Shown here: positions 23,246-35,796 of the stretch, in pieces
Numbering within the stretch: the stretch's first letter is position 1
Layout of the letters: every line of letters begins with the position of its first letter
NCBI GenBank assembly: GCA_030141605.1
Contig: JAQGDQ010000410.1
Coordinates: forward strand, 124,001-188,000
Source: Tubiluchus corallicola
Lineage: Eukaryota > Animalia > Priapulida
DNA length: 64,000 nt
Reading direction: 5' to 3'
Program-made: the position numbers and the translations under genes
Notes under the pieces: model-generated
What the model saw: only the letters and a program-made list of their open reading frames with translations
Database searches by the model: none
What the model was told of the DNA's origin: nothing

Positions 23246-23989
23246 AAGCAAATACGTAGTGGTGGTGGGCCTGGACTCTGTTTACTGAAAAAGCTAATCC
23301 TCAGAGATGAGATGCTAAATTGACAGAGGTATCGCAGCCACGTTCAGATATGAAGAATATCTTCCTCGATTAAGTAAACAGCCAGAACAGCATGGCGAAT
23401 GAAACCGTCTAGATGAGTATTGACTATTGAACCCACTGGTCAGTAATACATTCACTAACCAGTCATTGTGTTGCTTAGCTTCAATCCTTACCATGACCAC
23501 TCGGCTGTAACCTTCCAAGCAAGCAAAAAACGTCGTATTTGTTTGTCCTTTGTGTGATGATCATACAAATTCAATTATTAGCGGCGTGACTAATGAATCA
23601 ATAGCTACAGAAACTACAGAGACTACTACAGTTATAGAAGATACAGACAAATGGGCACACTTCTTAGCAAACCATTACAACCACAACCTCCCCGTCAGCG
23701 TTTTAATCCTACCTGCTTTGAATATTTAGTGAACCATCTCGTTTGAAATTACATATTGCGTTCATCATTCAATTACTGTTCCCATCTTCATTCTGCAAAT
23801 TTATGAGATCTAAAATAGAGAAAATCGTGTAAAATACGATACGTCTTAATTACGTTTCGGCTTATCGTTTTTCCGAAACAATCTTTATAGCGTCATTAGG
23901 TATAATCTCACACTGTCGAATTGCGCGTAGTTCTTTCTCGCAGCGACGATTTTCTGATTTTTACCAGGCTGAGAATATTAATCGATCTG

Positions 23990-24018
23990 TGACGTCAGCC
24001 AGTGCGAGTCTGACGTCA
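23990..24018 (+). promoter_or_regulatory. Tandem perfect CRE palindromes (TGACGTCA x2), candidate Tob promoter
   Basis: TGACGTCA at 23990-23997 and 24011-24018, 21 bp apart, in a CpG-rich patch ~3.2 kb upstream of the Tob coding exon. That exon begins with a splice acceptor, so an upstream 5'UTR exon is required. Confidence 0.55.
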
Positions 24019-24838
24019 GCGAGCAGGTACTTATTTCCTTGCCAGTGTGTAATTTTAGAATTTTCTCCTAGCTTTACAAGACAGAAGAGAGAATCGGTTT
24101 CCTTATTAAGCAAGCTTTTCTGTTTTCTCTTCCGTTGTAAAAATATAAAACTGGAACTGAATAAGATTTAAACAAATCTGCTAGTCTGCGCAGTTTGGTA
24201 AACGAATGCATGCGTTGATTTTAAAATTCGTTGATCGAAAGATTCTAAATTATTGTCAGAGTTTTTGCATGGTTGTATACGTGCTTGTGTAACAATTTTC
24301 ACGGTTTCATACTAATGTTCTCATCTGCTGCTGTACGTTTAGCAAACCATCACGACAGGATAAGATTCAAAATGTTGCGCCGTTTGGGACTATGTAGGCC
24401 CTTTTTAATTTTTTAATCCGAAATTGTATTGTCAGAGTTTTTGGAATGTTACATACTTGCCGGAGTAACAATGTTGACCACAACAAATTTGTCTCTTTAA
24501 ATAATTATAACCCTCAGATCTCCACTATAATGACGAAAGCAAGCAAATACTACACCATCACCTACATTCAATTTCAGTTAAGAAAACAGTCTTAATGCTT
24601 CTGCCACCTTGAGCTACCGAAAGTCTTGTAGACCCGCATTCCCAGACGTTCGTTAACAATTATTTAACCAGCCAAAACAAGTTCAATTAATATTTCATTT
24701 CACCGTGGGATGGTTGTTGTAATCTTGCAGACGAAGTTTTGGTATTCTGTTAATAATACATGAACGAAATTCATGCATAATTGACTTAATGGTTCTCTTC
24801 TTGCAAGATATAACACTTAGTGCTTTGAGCATTGCTAC

Positions 24839-24852
24839 CTCTCTCTCTCTCT

Positions 24853-24929
<77 letters not shown>

Positions 24930-24960
24930 TCCTCTCTCTCTCCGTCCCTCTCTCTCCTTC
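24839..24960. repeat. (CT)n microsatellite
   Basis: Directly visible. Confidence 0.95.
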
Positions 24961-24964
24961 TCTG

Positions 24965-25410
24965 GAGTATATGAATTTACGCTACACCAGACAAGAATCT
25001 ATCAAATTTCAAAGCTCGCAATGGAGGCGTAGAATTCAACATAGGAACCAACTAGATGGCATAGCCACTAACATTACAACCCCAGAACTAAAGTCACTAA
25101 GCTTACCATTAAACAGTAAGCAGAGGTGCGTTGAAACCAAAGCACTAAGCTTGTTATTGAAAAGAGGAACACGGTCTTTTTTACACAGTATTGGAGAAGC
25201 AGCCACAAATGAATGCGCATGTCATAGTAGGGAAGCACAAACTTCTGACCATCTACTCTTTAATTGTAAATTGTAGTTTAGTTGACCAAGAAGCCAGAAA
25301 AATTTTTATCGATGTTCTGCCCAACCGGGTATTAAGAAAGATTTACTTTAAAAGAAACGCATTAGTTTGTGATAAATTTATACAAGTGGTAAAAGATATC
25401 ATTTACAAAA
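24965..25410 (+). mobile_element. Degenerate 3' fragment of a non-LTR retrotransposon ORF2 (CCHC zinc-knuckle region)
   Basis: Translation RSFLHSIGEAATNECACHSREAQTSDHLLFNC fits the FLHxIG..CxC..QTxxHLLFxC C-terminal motif of I/R1/LOA-type LINEs; in-frame stop at 25274-25276. Confidence 0.7.
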
Positions 25411-25412
25411 AT

Positions 25413-25430
25413 CTCTCCCCCCTCTCTCTC

Positions 25431-25462
<32 letters not shown>

Positions 25463-25475
25463 CCTCTCTCTTTCT
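25413..25475. repeat. (CT)n microsatellite
   Basis: Directly visible; closes the LINE fragment on its right side. Confidence 0.9.
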
Positions 25476-27217
25476 TTCAAACCACTTTTAAACTAGGACA
25501 AGTAATCGACTTTTATTCTAAATCATATTAAAGTTTGTATCCACCAAAGAAGCCAAATCATAAAAGCTGTTCACCATTCGCTGGCAAATATTTTGCTGAT
25601 TTATTTCTGGAAATATGTAAGCAAGAATTAGGTGTGTAACTAAATTAGATGCACTGTTGCGTCAACACGTGACCTCAAGGGAAATAACGGCACTACATTT
25701 ATTTGAGAGTATTTCACTGTTAGATAACAAGGCGTTATCACGAACACCAGCACTACCGGCTTTAATTTTCCGCTTTCCAGAAAAGACTTTCAAAATCTCA
25801 ATGCACAGCTTTGTCATCTGATTCGAAACCGCTTACTTAATTTTCGGTATCAAGTTTTTGGGTAGCTCAGTATTGATTTATAAACTTTCGTTAGGACGGA
25901 GGACGACAAATCCAACACCAACACATTACTGAAATCGCAGGAGATTTAGGGGATATATGTATTTGGAAGCGCATTTAGCACGTGCGATAAAAACTACGAC
26001 ATTTAATATGTCGACATTTGAAAGGTTAGACGGCAGTTTATCAATGTCCCATCAATACAGATTAAGCGTGCTCTATTGTTGGTGCGCAAGCAAGACGCCA
26101 TCCCAAGAAGCCTAGTGCTATTAAATTGATTTTAACCTTTTGTGCACACAGCGCTCGCTTTACTGTATCTGAAAGTATGCTCATGCAGAATGTCATAACT
26201 AAAAACAAGTTTTTAATAGACAGTAAATTTTTGCATGACCTTGCGCACTTTTCAACTTTTGAAGTCTTGCTGAATTTCTGAAGCCCGCTGCGTTCGTGGT
26301 CTGGTTCTGTTTAGCTTCTATTTACAGTACTGACATAGTACTGACGTGTTTGTGAGACCAAGAGAATGCTTTAAGAAAGCAATCTGGAAACAGATCCATC
26401 TTTAGTATGCAGAAACTCAAAAAACTTGCTTAAGACCTGAAGAATTATAAGAAAATCATCATTTATTAGTGGATATTGCATATACTCTCCTCTTTCAACT
26501 AGATGATGAGAGTTCAGATGATAAGAGATGATGGTGTACTTCCCCTGTAATATTAATCAGGTGTACACATTTCTCAGTAATATGTGTTCTTGTCTTGTAA
26601 AACAACATAATTTAGTCGTTTTCATTTAATCAATCACTGATGAGTAATAATCAGCATAAAGCAGCGGTTTTATCTTGTCCGACACACCAGTATGGGTTAT
26701 GAAAACCTGCAAAGTGTAGCATGCTCCTGTTAATAAATTCATAACAATAACCATTATAAGTAAGTTTAATTACAAAGTTCTCTGATGTGTGCATAAAATG
26801 TGCTCCATTGGTGTAATCTATAACAAATCAGATTAAGTGCTTTATAAAACTAAAATAATTTGAAACAGGGTATCGCACGTAAACATATTGCCAACTACAC
26901 GTCAAAGTTGAAACTGTGGCGTTTGTGGTAATTGATTGTACTTGCTGTTTTCAACAGATGAGATAAGATCCATTAATTAAATAGCAAGGTTATGAACATA
27001 AGTGAATGTGAACTTTTAAAAAGTTACAAATCAAATTCTCATTTATTTTATTGCAAAAATTATTCCTAGCACATGTAATTGGCATCTTCCGTACTTCTGA
27101 AGCATTCTAAACACCAACAGTCTGTGCTTGCCAAAATATTTAATTATTGTCGGCAAAAGTGATTTTACAAAAGTATTTCTTTACAGATCAGTAAACTGAC
27201 AGCTAGCTAACAAAGCC

Positions 27218-28300
27218 ATGAACGTGGAGATTCAAGTTGCCCTCAACTTTATCATCTCCTACCTCTTTAACAAGTTGCCAAGACGACGCATAAATATTTT
27301 TGCTGAAGAGCTAGAAAGAGGACTAAAGCGAAAATTCCAAGGGCACTGGTATCCCCAGTGCCCAGCTAAGGGTAGCGGGTACAGATGTGTCCGTATTGGG
27401 AAGGAACTTGATCCAGTTATGCGACAGGCAGCTTATGAAAGCGGACTTTCGGAAAACGAAATCAAGGAAAATTTGCCCAAAGAACTGGCAGTATGGATCG
27501 ATCCTGGTGAGGTGTCTTATCTTATTGGTGACAAAGGTCCAGCCAAAATCATGTACTCTGAAAACAATTGCACGGATAATAGACGAGGACCTGGTGACTG
27601 TGATAAGGATGTCAGCCTGCCAATGTGCAAGGTAAAGGCATTCAACCCAGAGGCTCAGACTTTCAAACCAATCAGTGATACTGGTGCCATGTGTAATGGC
27701 TCCACTTCTCCACAGCACGTCTACAATCCAGGAGTGGCAGCCAGTGTTGCCACACCTACCACTAACAATGTTTTCATTCCACGAGCAGGTCACGGTAGTA
27801 CTCCACAATTCACTGCTGCCAGCTTTGCACAGACGAAATTCGGGTCTACCAAGATGAAGAACGCCACACCCCGTAAGAACCTGCAGCGATCATCGCCAAC
27901 CGACTTCAACCAAGTGAAACAGCGCAACATGATTCAGGCATTCTACAACAACCAAGGATACACACTGCAGAGCCCGCGATCTATTTCTCCAAGTTTCCAT
28001 CCAGACATCAGTCCGTTTTCAATTCCGCAGTCTCTAACGCCACCAAGAGCAAACACAGTTAGTATGACATCTCCAATAGGCCTGGATACCCAGTTTGGCG
28101 AGCTGTACACCAATCATGCACAACAGCAGCTAATCAATGCCAACTTGAACCAGATGAAACCAGATCTCTTTTATGGTTCTATCATCAACAACAACATGCC
28201 ACAAGATAACAGAAAGGCTTTAATTGATGGTATCACAGGGCATCCTTCTCCTCCTTCATGTACAGGCAACCAAAATCGTCTTTTGGTCCACGCCAACTAA
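27218..28300 (+). CDS. TOB: Tob (BTG/Tob antiproliferative family; CAF1/PABP-binding deadenylation adaptor), 360 aa, single coding exon
   Basis: N-terminal BTG domain (EIQVALNFIISYLFNKLPRRR..HWYP..P.KGSGYRC..LPKELAVWIDPGEVSY) plus both Tob PAM2 motifs (FNPEAQTFKP; FTAASFAQTKFGSTK). Kozak-like gccATG; acceptor tttctttacag ends at 27186. Confidence 0.97.
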   Translation: MNVEIQVALNFIISYLFNKLPRRRINIFAEELERGLKRKFQGHWYPQCPAKGSGYRCVRIGKELDPVMRQAAYESGLSENEIKENLPKELAVWIDPGEVSYLIGDKGPAKIMYSENNCTDNRRGPGDCDKDVSLPMCKVKAFNPEAQTFKPISDTGAMCNGSTSPQHVYNPGVAASVATPTTNNVFIPRAGHGSTPQFTAASFAQTKFGSTKMKNATPRKNLQRSSPTDFNQVKQRNMIQAFYNNQGYTLQSPRSISPSFHPDISPFSIPQSLTPPRANTVSMTSPIGLDTQFGELYTNHAQQQLINANLNQMKPDLFYGSIINNNMPQDNRKALIDGITGHPSPPSCTGNQNRLLVHAN

Positions 28301-29034
28301 TGCGAAATGCCTGAATCCTATAATATTCAAGTCGTTCTAGTGAATCACTTCTTTGTATCATTGTTGTTAACATCAATATTAAAAAAGTGGCAGGTTGCTG
28401 CAGGATGTATGATTATTTTATGTAGTGACATATTTATTATTGCAATGTCATTCGTAACCAAATTAATACACTATCTGAACTCACACTGGTGTAAATGGCA
28501 TTGAGACACCAAATGCCTTGTTACACAATTTACTTATTCAGTGTTCACATCTCATCATGATGTTGTTGATGGTAACAATCTAAACCTACACCCTGGAATC
28601 TATGATATTTATTGTCCATTATTATTTCTAAGCATTATTATATAAGATACTTATTATTACATCTATTAAAATTCATATAGTTAGTAGAAGGAGGTGAGAA
28701 GTATCATAGATCGTGTACTCTTGTGGTACAGTATATTATATAGGTTTCGTAATTTTGTAATTTTTGCACTAGACTTTATTTTTGTATGGCAAATGCTTTA
28801 GTTTTTATTACTATTAACAAGTTGCAAATTTACAATAATTATTATTGTATTGGACTATGTCCTAATGTACACCTTTTCGGAAGTGTTATAATAATGTGTG
28901 ACGTCACCTGGCTTTCATGGTTTCTGTGGAACCCCAGAAACGAGCAGTATAATATTGCTAGTGTTAATAGATAAAGAAGTTAAACAAGCAGCAAAACTGT
29001 GTTAAACTAATGAATATGATAAAACAACACTTAC

Positions 29035-29290
29035 AATTAAATTTTGCTACCAAACTTAAAAGACAGTAAGCGTGAAAAAGTTAGAATATAGCCTCGATTT
29101 GAACGAAAAACCTTCTGCTTACAAAACCTAAGTGCAAAATTTTTAGACAATTAGGCGCAGCAAAAGGCCTTGTTAGCAGAAGGCCCCTGGATTCAAATCC
29201 AGACTGCGTTCCAACTTTTTTATACTTCCTGTCTTTCACGTTTGGCATCAAAATTTAATTAAATGGGATTTGTGCCATCATTACTAATAA
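29035..29290. mobile_element. Two head-to-head copies of the tRNA-derived SINE-like element
   Basis: Minus copy ~29035-29140 (gcagaagg..gttcaaatcgagg..tctaactttttcac..tgtcttt.aagtttggtagcaaaatttaat) and plus copy ~29160-29290 (gcagaaggcccctggattcaaatccag..ccaacttttt..tgtctttcacgtttggcatcaaaatttaatt); same family as 4030-4165. Confidence 0.6.
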
Positions 29291-29914
29291 TTTTGACATC
29301 AAGATGTTTTTGGTGAACAATTGTACTGATCATGGTCACAAGAATTAGCTACGATCTAACTGGTGAGTTTTCCATAATTGGAATAATGACTTTGCAAGAA
29401 GTTTTACCTTTAGATTTCAAATGACAGTACTTTCTTCGATTCGATAGAGGCTGATCCCTCTCACAGACATCATCAAGATAATGTCAGAGGCAGTTCTATA
29501 ACACTCCGTATTCTGATCGAATACAACTTGGTAAATGTCACGAGGCACGTGTGTTGATCGTGCAAACCTTTGCAAATAATACAAGCATGCAATTGGAAAT
29601 GTCAGTTGAAACAGGAGAGCGCACATTTCTGTATTATAATGCAACATTATGTGCACAGCTTTTACGAACTGTATATTGCAATTCATTAGGTCACACTGTA
29701 TGATTACCAAATATGGCAAAATTGCTACCTATTAGATGAAATACGTCTTATGTAAGATGGTGTAGAAAGCATTTACGACTGCTAGCACTCTTGATAATTT
29801 ACTGTTATTATGGTTCTGCAATTGTCGGGGTGAATTTAATATAGTCGGTGCCAGTATATCCGAATGAAGCCGCCCAGAAACTTTTTTGTATGCCCAGTCT
29901 ACTTACTGGGATCA

Positions 29915-29915
29915 C

Positions 29916-29960
<45 letters not shown>
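29915..29960. repeat. (TTA)n microsatellite
   Basis: Directly visible. Confidence 0.95.
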
Positions 29961-29962
<2 letters not shown>

Positions 29963-32900
29963 TTTTGTTGCTAAGCGCACATCACGGCTACTGAGCATTC
30001 GTGTACTTATTGAATATACGCAATTAGACGTACTAACTCAACGCATCATGATGCCAGACAATGATGCAGACTCGTTAAATGATTTTCGCGATAACTCACA
30101 GCTTCACAGGTGACAACAGGATATAATTAGAGCAGCCACGCAGCAGGCTATTATAGTTCCCTTGGGTGTAGTTTGTGGCTTTCAGGGGCAGTTATGCATA
30201 TAAAAATTCAAAATGAATGCGTCGTTCAACAACTTTTTTATCACAATTTCAACTTTGGCATGTTACTTGAAGATATCTATTTATTTGAATCACGATATGT
30301 TTCATAGATCTGTATCTGCTTTCTTAAGTGGATTAAATGTAATGAATACAGTAATAAATATATAAATGCAAGCGCTAGTCTTTGCAGCTAAATTACAGGA
30401 AAATTTTGTGGAGTATGCTAACAAATCCACGTTTCAGCTACTGTACAAAACTTTTATTTTAGCTGTAAAATTAGCATAGACATTTGTATACTTACTATTG
30501 TATATCATTAAATCTATTTTTAGTTAACTTCAAAAAGTTGATGAGGCCCTACGAAACATGTCACGGTTCAAATAAATAAATTTTAGCTTTCATTTTTTAA
30601 TCTAGTACAATGATTAGTTCTGGCTTTGCCCAATAAGTGATTGACGCATTTTTATCCAAATTACAGAGAAACTTCTGAAGTTTGTGATAGTATTACACTT
30701 ATTACTCGGTGCTTCGAAAATGCTTTTAAGTTTTTGGCAGCCCAAGTAAAATTCCTACAAAAATTAATTTGTGGTTACAGATCTGTGTTTCCCCACAAAT
30801 GGACGGTTACTTCCAACAAAGCTGCCTCTAGCTAGTTCTATTTCCTATACTGAAACGGATACCTTTCTGACCAGTTCCATTTCCTATACTGAAACGAGCA
30901 TTGCTCGTTGGGACATCTCTGCCGGTCTAGTGTCTGGGCGGTTTCATCTACCCATTTACTCTGACTGAAGGAGTTAATCATTATGTTATAATTAATCTGT
31001 CCCATTTTGTATTATTGTCGAAACTAGCAAATTTCATTATGTATGTTAATTTATGCATACTTACGTGACAAAACAGGCTGTTTCTGTATCCACGCCAGTT
31101 AAAACATCCTTTTCGTCTCATCTTAGAAGTTATCTTGAAAATTGGCAAATTCCAGCCATGTCACAACTATTCGGTGTTAGAAAGAGGCTCTGCCGCTAAG
31201 AGCTCAATACTGGATACAGGGTGTCAAATTCTTCAAAAAGTGAATTTTTAGCATTTCTGCCATTTATCAAGCAAGGCTAGCAAATTCGAGATATGCATAC
31301 ACAATTACACATACACATTCCTAGGTTATAAAAATGTCTATAACTTTTGTGTTTTTTTTCTGTGGGTTCGGTAAGCCTACAAAGATGCCACTAAAACGTT
31401 TATTAAGTTTGCTGATTCTAGTGCTTAATTTGTCAGAACTTGTCTTTTTACTGTTTTGTGGCAGGATTAGGCCTGTTGTGAATTTATTTTGAAGAGAACA
31501 GTTATTTTCAAAAGCGTAAAATATAGCGAGTATAATGACATGTGTTAAGTTTATACACTGCAAGTTTTTATAGAAACAATATTAAACAGTCTGACTTTTG
31601 AACAAGAAAGTGACAATGATTTTTAGTTTTATAGCAAAATCATAAAGACTGAGGCTACAACTAGAAAAAGTTCTACAGCTGTAATAATTTTTATTATATA
31701 AAGGGACAAGGACATCTGTCTAGGGACATTTCTTGCAACGTCAATCATCTTTTTTGATCACGTGTACAAATCTCGCTTTTATATAGCTGAAACGTTTGCC
31801 ACTATAGTGACTACATGTGGTTTCAAAAATATGCATACAAATTACTTACCTTTTTGTATGGATGAGACGTGGCAAAAATGCGCCTTTAATTTTGTAAAAC
31901 TCTAAATATACGAAAGATTTTTTTTCATTTCAACATTAAATAGACTTTAAATCTTCGTCTATACTATACTACGTGTATTAACTATCTTTTCGACCACTTC
32001 TCTTTCCCCTATATAGCCAGTAATTACCGTTAGCTAAACACATTTTTATTGCTGTATAATATTTGTTTCATAAATTTTAATTATCGAGTATACTGTGACG
32101 CAAAATCTTTCAGATTGAAGTTAATGAGGTTAACTAATTAATAACGTGATAGGTTAAAAGCAGGTTAATGATGAAATTAATTAGCTATAATATAGTTTTA
32201 TCATATAAATATCGTTTGTACGTTTTTAAGTTTGTAAGAAAATGTGCGTTTTATATATATACATATATCAATAAAGCAAAATGTGAATCAAAATCCGACT
32301 ATTGGTTTGAAATTCAAATATGAAAATCAGCTGATTTATCAACCTAGCTAGTGTGTATCCAATGAACGTATATGGTACGTATATATGTATGATAGGTAGA
32401 TACTGGGTAGGTTCGTATGAATCAGATTCATATTATTTCCGCATGTCCAAACATAAATTAGTACGATATTAAGTCGTTCAAATGTAGAAAAAGGACGGTT
32501 TGACAAGGTAGGCATTTGAGGTATAGAACCAAGACTGGAATACAATATTGTTTTCTTCACTGTAACACAATAAATGTTTCAGGTTTCTTTTCAGAGGAAG
32601 CTGTCTTATTGTACATGTAAGTTTGGTTTAGACAATTTTATTGAAGATTTAACCGCGAACTAAGTTTGAAACAGACAGTCTTACTACTGATATATGTTCT
32701 CCCCTAGTGGGAGCGAAACAACCTACGTGAGGTTTGTTAACAGCCAATGAAAGGTGCACCATTTAATAGTTACGGTGTATTTTACTTGATTGCACACTAA
32801 TTGCAATGTATAATTATCATGCAATACAGAAGGAAAATGCGTGTACGTCACGTGAGTAGGTAATTTCATACTTTTTAGGCTTAAACCGATAAGTGCATTC

Positions 32901-34331
32901 GCTTTTGTATCTGTACATAAACTTAGTATGAGACTTGTTAGTTCTTAACTCAAAATACAATTGGTTAAAATAAATCATTTTCACATACCGTATTATAGCC
33001 AAAATGTTTCAAATGCTCCTGAAATCATTGTTAGTAAAATGAGTGATTTGTAGTAAGATACACTGAAATTACATTTTGATGTAAAATAATTAAACAGTAA
33101 ATTACACTGTTTTTGTTAAAGTGAATTAAATTAAACATAATAAAATACCAATAAAATATTTTCTAAGGAATTTAGTTCGCCCTGATAAGAACTATTTTGC
33201 TATTGTATAACTAATTTACATCAGACTGCATTGTCAGTGATTGCTAGAAGAGTCGAAACGTTTTGGTTGTTATAATACAAATATCTTAATGGAATAAATG
33301 CGAGATTTTATTAAAAGATAATCCGTGCCGGTTCACTCTAGCACATGAAGCACATGCCTGCTATGTTACAATGACTAGATTAGTTGATTGATTGCTGGGT
33401 CGCACCCAATGACATTACCGCCTTAAGCAGTGACGTCATCGTGAAGCCATTTTATTCAAGGCTGTGTGTGGGTGGTATTAAACACGTAGAGCTGCGTCTT
33501 TCCACGTCGTAAACAAGAGCAAATAATGAAAATACGATTACTGTGGGGGTTTGCCTTTGAAAAAGCAAATTTCCGACAAAAATGGGTATAAAATTAGCCT
33601 TGATTGTTTTACCATTAAGTCATGGCATTATTTATACCGACATTATGTGGCTGTTTAGTTCCATTTGTTACGATTTTTCGTTGAATCATTAACAGCTTAG
33701 AGATCCTAGTTCAAATGTTACCACTTGAATGTTTCACTGCAGAAGATTTTTTTACAAAAAAAACTCATTTTAAAAAGGTGCATTATATAGTCGTTACACG
33801 TGACACCGTGAATGTGGTAACGCTAATTAACATGAAATTCATAATGCTAAACTTAATTACTCCTAAAAGCAGGGTAGCCATGCTCATGCACATTCCAGTG
33901 TTCATCATCGGCCAAAAACAACTGACAAGCCAAATATGAAGCATACATGTTACCTAGCATGTACACATTAAATTACACGTGTAAATGCATGCTCGTAATG
34001 TAGTGACCCAAAAAAGCGCTATTTCTGTATAAACCGTAAACAAATGAAGCAAACAAATATACCGCACACAATAAAGGATAATATTATAGCTAATGAATAA
34101 GCTACGTGAATGCTTGGAACACAAATAAGGTTTCATCGTGTGCACGGGCACAAAAGCCTGGCTTCATTTACTGAAGATCAGGAAGCTGATCCTTGCACTG
34201 ATGAAACCAGGCAGGAGACACGTACTACATTAATGGTTTCACATAGCGCAGATGTGGTCTGAAAGCAAAGAAGATTCTAATATTGCTCACAATAAGAGCT
34301 GCATCTTCCTATGATACATCATGATGGTTTC

Positions 34332-34575
34332 AAGCCATTAATTTTATTGTAGTATCACTCTAAACATGCCACCTATCCTTTCAGCTTACTATGATATATC
34401 ACGATAATTTCACGCCATTAATTTTATTATGCAGTCTCTCTAAATGTGCTACTTATCTGCGGTGTGTAGGTGGGGTATAGTGGTTCCTATGGTCTTTTCA
34501 GCTTACTATGATACATAACGACGATATCACACCATTAGTTTTATTGTAGTATCACTCTAAACATGCCACCTATTT
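34332..34575. repeat. Imperfect tandem repeat with three copies of ccattaattttattgtagtatcactctaaacatgccacctat
   Basis: Copies start near 34334, 34414 and 34532, separated twice by ttttcagcttactatgata. Confidence 0.75.
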
Positions 34576-35335
34576 GCGTCAGTGCAAAATTGTTCTGAGC
34601 CAGTACAAAACGTTTTTCAGGTGTTTGCTGGAAAGTTAACTATCCAGTGGGTGGCACTGGAATCATAGAAACATGGAACTGCATTTAATGTAGTATCAGG
34701 GTTAGCTTTATGAACATATGCGCCATTCTCCAGAGGAATTAGTGAACTACTAGAAATAAAGCGTTCAAACAACCCTCGTTTTGCTATATTATATGCCACA
34801 TACAGCCAATGATAAAAACACTACGTGCAACATTTGTTCTTGGAGCATTGTTGATCAAGGGTGCCAGGCGCTGGTTTACTTTGCACCACCCTAAGGCAAC
34901 CAAATCGGGCCAGACATGTCAAACTTCTGAGAATACCGATGGCATGGAATATGTTTTCGAAGTTGTGCGAGACAATTTTTTGTATAAGATTTTTTATTTA
35001 TCCACACAACCAAAAACGCGCTACGCCATATAAATTAAAACGATGTGTTAATCAAATAGCTTTCACATAGAAAATGATTTTTTAAACGAGTGTTGTCTTC
35101 CTCTTTCTCCCTCCACTGTGCCTGTGAATGTCACCAACGCTTTCGTAGTCTTAATGGCTTCATTATAATGCACACGTCCTACTTGCGCAATAATCCTTTT
35201 AAATGTCAAAGGGAAAATGCATGAGAGCGAATGATAATGATAAAATGGAGTCTTAATATATTAATTTCTATTACGGCTGTACGTCGCGCTCTATATATAC
35301 CATATACATATATATATATATCTGTATATATATAT

Positions 35336-35796
35336 ATTTAATTATCTGTTAAAGGTCGGGTCTGTAACGTTTTTTAAACTGTCATAAATATAAAAAAAAT
35401 TATATATAAATATCACCTATTTTTTGCAATACGCTGGCTTGTAGAAAGTCACATGTCCCGTCGTTGCATCACTTGTGAAACGTGTTGATTGTTACATTTA
35501 CCCCGTGTTACTTTTCGCCGTCTCCCCTTATTGATAGACTGTATATTTACATATATATATGAGATTGGTACTGATAACGACGTAAATATACAGTCTATCA
35601 ATAAGGGGAGACGGCGAAAAGTAACACGGGGTAAATGTAACAATCAACACGTTTCACAAGTGATGCAACGACGGGACATGTGACTTTCTACAAGCCAGCG
35701 TATTGCAAAAAATAGGTGATATTTATATATAATTTTTTTTATATTTATGACAGTTTAAAAAACGTTACAGACCCGACCTTTAACAGATAATTAAAT
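35336..35796. repeat. Perfect inverted repeat, 215-bp arms (35336-35550 / 35582-35796), 31-bp spacer
   Basis: The arms are exact reverse complements as read by eye, which also gives mirror ORFs 35449-35643(-) and 35489-35683(+) with identical ends. Confidence 0.95.

Noticed and set aside
35449-35683. Two near-identical 64-aa ORFs on opposite strands
   Set aside because: A by-product of the perfect inverted repeat; non-ATG starts and no protein motif.
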